Shown: positions 57,635 through 64,000 of the stretch, piece after piece | Layout: each line of letters begins with the position of its first letter | Position numbering within the stretch: position 1 is the first letter of the stretch | Assembly: GCA_963767885.1 (NCBI GenBank) | Contig: CAVYFW010000003.1 | Coordinates: forward strand, 218,628 to 282,627 | Length of the DNA stretch: 64,000 nucleotides | DNA from: an uncultured Actinomycetota bacterium | GTDB lineage: Bacteria; Actinomycetota; Thermoleophilia; Gaiellales; F1-60-MAGs149 | Reading direction: 5' to 3' | The notes under the pieces: generated by a model | What the model saw: the letters and a program-made list of their open reading frames with translations, nothing else | The model's database searches: none | What the model was told of the DNA's origin: nothing | Program-made: the position numbers and the translations under genes

Positions 57635-59674
57635 CAGGCCTCCTTCCCGATCCGCATCAGCAGCGCCCCGAGGGCATCCACCACGAGCGTGGTGCCCGGC
57701 GGGACGACCGTCGTCGCGGTCTGCTCGTTGACGATGGCCGGCCCGTCGACCGCGGTGCCGGGGGCGAGATGGGAGCGCTCGAGGATCTGCGTGTCACGCG
57801 GGGCGCGGCCGAAGACGGCGGCGCGGCGAGGGGCGCTGCCGTTGCCGGAGACGACGTCGGGTGGCGCCGGTGCGGCGCGGCCGAGGTCGCCGAGCGCCGT
57901 CGTGCGGACGACCACGAGCTCGACGGGCGCGCCGGGGTTCGCGTGCCCGTAGCGGGTCTCGTGCGCGTGGTGGAAGCGCTCCTCCAGGCGGTCGAGGAAG
58001 GCGTCGCGCTGCGGGTCGTCGGCGCCGTCGATGGGGATCGTCAGCGTGTACTCCTGGCCCACGTAGCGGACGTCGACCGGCATGCAGCAGCAGCCGCGTG
58101 TCGGCCGGCACGCCCTCCCGATCGAGCGCTGCGACGCCGTCGCCCTCGAGCGCGGCGCACGCGGCGGCGAGCTTGTCCAGCGGCGCCTCGCGCGCGACGG
58201 CGTAGAACGGCTGGCTGAAGTCCTGGCGGATCTGCGTCTGCAGCATGCCCCAGGCGGAGAACGCGCCCGGGTCGGCCGGGACGATGACCTCCGCGATCTC
58301 GAGCTCGCGGGCGAGGAAGGCGGCGTGCATCGGGCCGGCGCCGCCGAACGCGACGAGCGAGAAGTCGCGCGGCTCGATGCCCTGCTCCACCGTGAGCGTG
58401 CGGATCGCCTGCGCCATCCGCGCGTTGATGACGTCGAGGATGCCCTCGGCCAGCTCCTCCACGCCGAGTCCGAGCTCGCCCGCGAGGTCGGCGACCGCGG
58501 CGCGGGCCGCCCCGACGTCGAGCGTCATCGTGCCGCCGGCGAAGTGCTCCGGGTCGACGCGGCCGAGCACGAGGTTCGCGTCCGTCACGGTCGGCCGCGT
58601 CCCACCGCGGCCGTAGCAGGCAGGGCCCGGGGCGGCCCCGGCGCTCTCCGGGCCGACGCGGAGCCCGCCGGCCTCCGAGCGAGCCAGCGAGCCGCCGCCC
58701 GCGCCGATGGTGTGGATGTTGACGATGCTCATGAGCAGCGGGAAGCCCTCGAGCGAGGTCTCCGAGGCGACGTCGGGCTGTCCGTCGACGACCAGCGAGA
58801 CGTCGAACGAGGTGCCGCCCATGTCGATGCCGATGAGGTTCGGGCGCTGCAGTGCCTCCGACAGCGCGACGAGCCCCATGGTGCCGCCGACGGGTCCGGA
58901 GAGCAGCGTCTGCAGCGGCCGGTCGCGCGCGCTCTCCGCGGTGAGGATGCCGCCGTTCGACTGCATCACGTGGAGCGGCACGGCGAGGCCGCGGTCGCGC
59001 ATCTCGTCCTCGAGCCGCCGCAGGTAGCGGCGGACGACGGGTGCCGTGTAGGCGTCGAGCACCGTCGAGGCGGTGCGCTCGTACTCGCGCCACTCCCGTG
59101 CGACGCGGTGCGAGAGCGAGACGGGCACCTCGCCCAGCTCCTCGCGCAGGATCTCCGCCGCGCGCAGCTCGTGGGCCGGATCGACGTAGGAGAAGAGGAA
59201 GGCGATCGCCACGGAGCCGAAGCCCTCGTCGCGCACCCGCTGCGCCGCCGCCCGGATCGCCGCCTCATCGAGCGGGGCGAGCTCCTCGCCGGTGTAGGTG
59301 AGGCGACCGGGGATCTCGACGATGTCGCCGAGCGGGACGAGCGGCTCGGGCTTCTCGTAGTGCAGGTCGTAGAGGCGGTGGCGGTCGCCGCGCGCGATGT
59401 GGTAGACGTGGCCGGCGCCGGCCGTGGCGAGCAGCAGCACACGCTCGCCGCGGCGCTGCAGGAAGGCGTTCAGCCCCTGCGTCGTGCCGTGCACCGTGAA
59501 GTCGATCTCGGCGGGGGAGTCGATCACCTGCGCGAGTCCCGCGAGCACGCCCTCCGCGAGGTCGTGGGGGGTCGTGGACGACTTGCCGGCGGCGTAGCGG
59601 CCACGCTCCGTGTCGTAGGCGACGACGTCGGTGAACGTGCCGCCGATGTCCATCGAGACCCTGTACGCGCCCAT
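57634..59674 (-). pseudogene. hyuA: Hydantoinase A / oxoprolinase family subunit, copy 3; single frameshift near 58085
   Basis: ORF 57794..59674 (MGAYRVSMDIGGTFTDVV..) carries about 530 good residues. The C-terminus VDVRYVGQEYTLTIP..LMRIGKEA is in ORF 57634..58083. RBS AGGAGG precedes ATG 59674. Confidence 0.9.
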
Positions 59675-59785
59675 CCGGCCTCCTACTCGCCGTTCCGCTC
59701 CTGCTTGATGACTCCCGGCAGAAGAGGAAGGGCACTGCCGCGAGATCCCGGATTCGAGCTGTGCATTACTCCCTGGGTGAAGATA

Positions 59786-59805
59786 CGTTCTCTGAGAAGA
59801 GAACG
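59786..59805. promoter_or_regulatory. Perfect 20-bp palindrome CGTTCTCT-gaga-AGAGAACG; candidate XRE operator in the hyuA-3 / regulator divergent promoter
   Basis: 8-bp arms with a 4-nt spacer, 30 nt upstream of ATG 59836. A TAGACT -10-like hexamer (59823-59828) lies 7 nt before that ATG. Confidence 0.4.
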
Positions 59806-59835
59806 CAAGCGCCTCGCTGAGCTAGACTCGCGGCG

Positions 59836-60393
59836 ATGGACTCGGTGGTGATGGACATCGGTCGGCAGCTGCGCGCGCTGCGCCGCGCCCGTCGCCGGAC
59901 GCTCGAGGAGCTCGCCGCCGAGACCGGCTTCACCAGGAGCTACCTGTCCCAGATCGAGACGGGCGAGGCGACGCCGAGCCTCGGAGCGCTCGCCGCGATC
60001 GCGGCTGCGCTCGGCACCGAGCTCGCAGCCTTCTTCCCGCTCCGGGCCGGCCCGGCAGTCCACGTCTCGCGCGCCGGCGACCCGGTGAAGCTGCGCGTCG
60101 AGCCGAACTCGCACGAGGAGTACGTCGTCCTCGGCGGACGCCGGCCGGGGGCCGCCTTCACCGCCGTGCTCGCCCGCTACTTCCCGGGCGAGTCGGTGGG
60201 CCGCAACAGCCACCTCGGAGAGCGCTTCGCCCTCGTGTTGTCAGGTGACGTCGCGATCAACGTCGGCGGCGAGCGGCGGACGCTGGCCCCGGGCGAGTGG
60301 CTGCACTACGCCGCGCAGCCGGAGGACACGCTCGAGGTCGTCTCCCACGGACCTGCGGAGGTGCTTTGGCTGGTCGTGCCGGCGATGATCTGA
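59836..60393 (+). CDS. XRE-family HTH + cupin regulator (3a)
   Basis: RQLRALRRARRRTLEELAAETGFTRSYLSQIETG plus a cupin domain (HLGERFALVLSGDVAI..GEWLHY). Paralogue of 44367..44924. Confidence 0.85.
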   Translation: MDSVVMDIGRQLRALRRARRRTLEELAAETGFTRSYLSQIETGEATPSLGALAAIAAALGTELAAFFPLRAGPAVHVSRAGDPVKLRVEPNSHEEYVVLGGRRPGAAFTAVLARYFPGESVGRNSHLGERFALVLSGDVAINVGGERRTLAPGEWLHYAAQPEDTLEVVSHGPAEVLWLVVPAMI

Positions 60394-60404
60394 ACGGAGA
60401 CGGG

Positions 60405-60930
60405 ATGGCGCTCGCCGCGAGCGTCGGCAGCCGCCTGCGCGCCCGCCGCGCGGCACTCGGCTGGACGCTCGCGGAGACGGCCGCCCAGGCCGACGTCTCG
60501 GTCTCCTACCTCTCCTCGATCGAGGTCGGACGCAGCGTGCCGTCGCTGCCGATCCTCGCGCGGGTCTCGACGACGCTCGGCCTCTCGCTCAACGAGGCGC
60601 TGCGCGGCCTCGGTCGCAACGTCGTCGACGGCGGGCGGCTCGACAGCGGCGCGCCGGGAGTCGAGCGCACCTCCAGCCCGTCCCTGGAGCTGGAGATCGG
60701 CACGCTCGTCGCAGACCCGGGCAGCGCCGGCCCGAGCCCTGTGCCGGTCAGCGGCGGCGAGCTCTTCGTCTACGTCGTCGCCGGTGCACTCGAGGTGGAG
60801 CTCGACGGGACGCCGCACATGCTCCGGCGGGGCGACTCGATCGACGCGGAGGCGCCCGGCGTCCGCCGCCTACCGCGTTCCGGACGAGGAGCGCTCGGTC
60901 AGCGTCTGGTCGACCGTGCCGGGCTCCTGA
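60405..60930 (+). pseudogene. Second XRE-family HTH + cupin-like regulator (3b), one frameshift near 60850
   Basis: ATG 60405 follows GGAG. SRLRARRAALGWTLAETAAQADVSVSYLSSIEVG. The C-terminus ASAAYRVPDEERSVSVWSTVPGS is in another frame, with the stop at 60928-60930. Confidence 0.75.
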
Positions 60931-60974
60931 CCTCAGCACGATCCTGACAGCCGACCTCGAGGGGTCGGCATAGC

Positions 60975-61955
60975 GTGACGGCCGTGATCGTGCGGAGTTT
61001 CGCGGTGCTCATCGGTGCGGCGACGGGCCGGTTCCGTGGCCGCACCGGGCGAGCCGAGGGGCGGCGGGTGGCTGCACGGACGGCGGTGTCGGCCCCCGAC
61101 GGCACCGTGCTCCTGCTGCTCGCGCTCTATGCGTGCTGGGGCTCGGCGATTCCGGCGATGAAGCTGATGGTCGACACGGTGCCGCCGCTCGGCGGGGCGA
61201 CGCTGGTCTTCCTGGTCGCCGGGCTCGTGCTCGCTGCGGCGGCGCGTGGGCGGCCTGCGCCCACGCGCGCGCAGGTGCGCCACTTGGCGGTCGCCGGCGT
61301 GTTGCTGCTGGTCGGTGGGCAAGGGCTCGCGATGGTGGCGCTGACCGAGGTGACCGCCAGCCTCGGCGCGATCCTCGCGGCGACGATCCCGCTGTGGGTC
61401 GTGCTCTTGAGCGGGTTGACCGGCACCCCTGTGTCGGTCGCGTCGCTGGTGCGGCTCGCGGCCGGGTTCGGCGGCATCGCGATCGTGGTGGCGACGGCGC
61501 CGGACAGCGCGATCGGCGGGGCGCCGTGGGCGGTCGCGGCGTTCTGCGTCGCGCCGATCCTGTGGGCCGCGGGGAGCCTGCTGACGGCGCACGGCGACCG
61601 ACCGCCCGATCGAGTGGTCGCCAATGCGGTTCAGCTGCTCGCCGGTGGCACGGTGCTGTTGCTGCTCGCGTTGTCGCTCGGCGAGCTCGATCCGGCTCGT
61701 TGGTCGGACGTCAGCTCGACATCCGCCGGGGCGGCGGTGTTTCTGCTGGTCTTCGACTCGCTCGTCGGCTTCATGCTCTACACGCGCCTACTGGCCAGCG
61801 CGCCGGCGCCGCTGGTCAGCACCTATGCCTACGTCACACCGCTTGTCGGCGCCGTGGTGGGCGCGACCGTGCTCGACGAGCCGCTCTGGGCCGGCGCGTT
61901 TGTCGGAGCGGCCCTGGTGACCGGCGCGGTCGCGCTCGAGCTGCGCGGGCGATGA
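60975..61955 (+). CDS. EamA/DMT-family transporter (true start probably downstream of 60975)
   Basis: About ten TM segments in two EamA-like halves (LLLALYACWGSAIPAMK.., ..FLLVFDSLVGFMLYTRLL). Confidence 0.8.
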   Translation: MTAVIVRSFAVLIGAATGRFRGRTGRAEGRRVAARTAVSAPDGTVLLLLALYACWGSAIPAMKLMVDTVPPLGGATLVFLVAGLVLAAAARGRPAPTRAQVRHLAVAGVLLLVGGQGLAMVALTEVTASLGAILAATIPLWVVLLSGLTGTPVSVASLVRLAAGFGGIAIVVATAPDSAIGGAPWAVAAFCVAPILWAAGSLLTAHGDRPPDRVVANAVQLLAGGTVLLLLALSLGELDPARWSDVSSTSAGAAVFLLVFDSLVGFMLYTRLLASAPAPLVSTYAYVTPLVGAVVGATVLDEPLWAGAFVGAALVTGAVALELRGR

Positions 61956-61999
61956 GGCGCGCGAGGTCGAGCAGGCGCGGTCGGGCGAGGCAGCCGCGA

Positions 62000-63004
62000 T
62001 CAGAGCGAGATCGTCGTTCCGACCGCGCTCTGCACGAACGCGTCGGGGAACCGGCGCGCAAGACGGTGCACCGCTTTCCAGCCGGTGCAGTGGGCCGGCA
62101 TCAGCAGCCCGGGCTGGAGATCGTCGAAGGCCGCGACGGTCGGTTCGATGATCGGCTCGAACATCGGTCCGCTGAGGTGGAAGCCGCCGATCACGGCGGC
62201 GATGCGCGTCTCGCCCGTGAGCCGCTGCGCGTGCCGCACGACGTTGATGATCCCGGCGTGCCCGCAGCCGGTGAGGACGACGAGCCCGCGCTCGGCGAGG
62301 CGCAGCACGATCGCCTGGTCGTCGAGGATCAGCGGGTCGGGCTCCCAGCGATCGCGAACGTGCGCCTCGTGTCCCAGGAAGCCGGTCTCGAACGGCGTCG
62401 TGCGATCGACCTCGCCTGTCACGAGCAGCGACCCGTCGAGCAGGAACGACGGTTGCTCGTCCTCGACGATCTCGAAGCCGACGCCCTCGAGTGCGGCGCG
62501 GCTGGTCGCGGGCAGCTCGGCCGGCTCGAGGCCCGGAATGGCGATCCGGCGACGCCGCCAGAAGGCAGGATGGATGAGCACGGGGAGGTTGACGCGTCCG
62601 AGCTCCCTCGCGATCCCCTCCATCCCGGCGACGTGGTCCCAGTGGCCGTGGCTGAGCACGATCGTCTCGATCTCGCTCGGCGAGAGCTCCAGCCGGCGCA
62701 TGTTCTCGACGACACCGGTCGGCGTGACGCCGGCATCGAAGAGGATCGTCCGCTCGCGGCCGCCGGTCGTCACGCGAACGAGCGCCGAGAAGCCCGGCTG
62801 GGCGATCAGCGCATCGGGCAGGCCGTCGTCGGTGAGAGCGGAAGCTGCGCGTGGCTTCGCGAGGTGGTACAGCCAGGTCGTGCGCCCGACCTGCTGCGTG
62901 GGGAACAGCAGAGGGTCGGTCACGTTGTCCATCAGGATCGTGATCCGGACGGCGTCGACCGGGGCGAGCGGAACGGCGGCCATGGCCACCGCCAAGGATG
63001 CCAC
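62000..63004 (-). CDS. MBL-fold metallo-hydrolase
   Basis: LSHGHWDHVAGM, TGCGHAG, plus other beta-lactamase-fold motifs; intact 334 aa. Confidence 0.85.
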   Translation of the reverse strand: MASLAVAMAAVPLAPVDAVRITILMDNVTDPLLFPTQQVGRTTWLYHLAKPRAASALTDDGLPDALIAQPGFSALVRVTTGGRERTILFDAGVTPTGVVENMRRLELSPSEIETIVLSHGHWDHVAGMEGIARELGRVNLPVLIHPAFWRRRRIAIPGLEPAELPATSRAALEGVGFEIVEDEQPSFLLDGSLLVTGEVDRTTPFETGFLGHEAHVRDRWEPDPLILDDQAIVLRLAERGLVVLTGCGHAGIINVVRHAQRLTGETRIAAVIGGFHLSGPMFEPIIEPTVAAFDDLQPGLLMPAHCTGWKAVHRLARRFPDAFVQSAVGTTISL

Positions 63005-63055
63005 AGCGCCGCCGACTGGAGTCCGCGAGTCGACAGCCTCGACGGCGGATTGCCG

Positions 63056-63794
63056 TCAGTTGATCTCGGCGATCTCCGCGGCTAGCTCGATAGCCACGGT
63101 CTCATCGATGTTCGGCCCGCTGAGCGACCACCGACGCTTCCCGTCGATCCAGACGAGGGTGGTGTTCCCGCCGAGGTCCTGGCCGTAGAAGCCAGGTTGC
63201 CCATCGATCGTTCACCTGGTGGACGCACGTACAGCTCTCGTCAAGGGACCGGAACGAGCCCACCTCTTCGTCGACGGGCATCGCTCGCTCGCTGACCAGA
63301 GCGGCGTTCGCGACTCCTCGCTGCTCGTGCAGGAACGCCGCGACTCGTCCCTCCGGGTGGGCGGTAACGACCTCCGGCACGACCCCGGCGGGCAGCCGGA
63401 ACGTCGTGCCGGCCGCTCGCGCCGCTCCCTTCGGCGTCTCGAACGTCCGTGCGCTCCCGCCTTCCACCCAGGCACGAACCTCTAAGGGACTACGCGTATC
63501 GGGCGCGACCGTCAAGACGTCGTCGCCGCCGCAACCAGTGAGCCCTGCAGCCGCTACCGCCAGCGCACCAACGACCCGTCGAGCGCCACGACGCGCGGCC
63601 CGCGGGCACGCTTCGGTGTGGTTGACGATCCGCACCTCGGCGAAGTGCCACTGCGTCGGGTACGCACCTTGCCAGTGCCCCTCGCGCACGAGGAGCCGGG
63701 GACGCCGAGCACGTTCGAGGACGACTGCGAGAAGGCCGAGCACGAGGCCGGCCGCGCCGCTCCCGAACCCGACGACCCGCCACGCCTCGCCCAT
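63056..63794 (-). pseudogene. Hypothetical lipoprotein-like protein, one frameshift near 63205; start uncertain
   Basis: Lipobox-like VVGALAVAAAGLTGC lies inside ORF 63102..63827. The C-terminus IDGQPGFYGQDLGGNTTLVWIDGKRRWSLSGPNIDETVAIELAAEIAEIN is in another frame, stopping at 63056-63058. No in-frame start sits directly before the signal peptide. Confidence 0.4.
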
Positions 63795-63842
63795 GTGCGC
63801 ATTGTGACGGACGCTCGGGGAGCGCACGCCCGCCGCGGCGGC

Positions 63843-64000
63843 TCAGGCGCCGTGGAGCGCCTGCATGTTCGCGCTGCATGATCGCCTCGACCGGGGCCAG
63901 CTGCTCCGCCGGGCTGAAGATGACGAACTCGGTGCCGGCCTCGGTGAACGGCGTGTGGCCCGGGCGGCACGTAGAACGCGTCGCCGGCCTCGTAGACCTC
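63843..64000 (-). pseudogene. Cupin-domain protein, C-terminal part only (runs off the window), two apparent frameshifts
   Basis: EVYEAGDAFYVPPGHTPFTEAGTEFVIFSPAEQLAPVEAIMQ..NMQALHGA can be read only by switching frames at a CCCGGGCC run and near 63860. Confidence 0.45.

Noticed and set aside
1-64000. CRISPR arrays, tRNA/rRNA genes, IS elements, integrases, prophage genes, toxin-antitoxin or restriction-type defence genes, PKS/NRPS clusters
   Set aside because: I looked for regularly spaced repeats, cloverleaf-sized low-GC islands and the corresponding protein motifs in all frames, and found none. The only tandem repeat is the 36-bp coding repeat at 54041.

Overview
Very GC-rich, gene-dense chromosomal window that looks actinobacterial (an inference from composition, F420/LLM enzymes, GTG starts and 1-4 nt gene overlaps). 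I can support about 60 protein-coding genes. I found no rRNA, tRNA, CRISPR array, transposase, integrase or phage genes. Most long ORFs in the track are Arg/Pro/Ala-rich antisense or off-frame artefacts of the GC content. I chose genes by recognisable family motifs, RBS/start context and operon junctions.

Main content:
- Two paralogous HisKA_3 two-component modules (1499-7890), each divergent from a secreted or lipoprotein gene.
- A large two-module beta-helix surface protein (8839-11920).
- An orphan FTR1/EfeU iron permease.
- A cluster of small stress-type proteins (14417-16220).
- An S8 protease.
- Assorted redox and hydrolase genes.
- An SCP2 + glycogen-debranching-like pair.
- A group-2 sigma-70 factor with an AT-rich leader.
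- A 20-kb accessory-looking block (40350-60930) with three hydantoinase/oxoprolinase-family HyuA/HyuB pairs. Two pairs are divergent from tandem XRE-cupin regulators. The third sits in a roughly 10-kb operon with a CUT2-type ABC importer and M24 and M20 peptidases.

Most interesting observations:
- The two sensor kinases carry complementary catalytic defects. One has the H-box but no ATP-lid motifs; the other has the ATP-lid motifs but no phospho-acceptor His. Their promoter regions share an 18-nt motif.
- The triplicated hyuAB system has paired XRE-cupin regulators. A perfect 20-bp palindrome is present in one divergent promoter and has a 12-nt gap at the homologous site of the other.
- Single-nucleotide frameshifts are distributed very unevenly. 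They are dense in 1-1110, 40350-44124 and 46751-54306, and absent from several neighbouring 1.2-2.1 kb genes. This is either unpolished assembly error or recent decay of specific genes, and it must be settled before any pseudogene claim.

Coordinates I derived by counting bases, rather than taking them from the ORF track, may be off by 1-2 nt.
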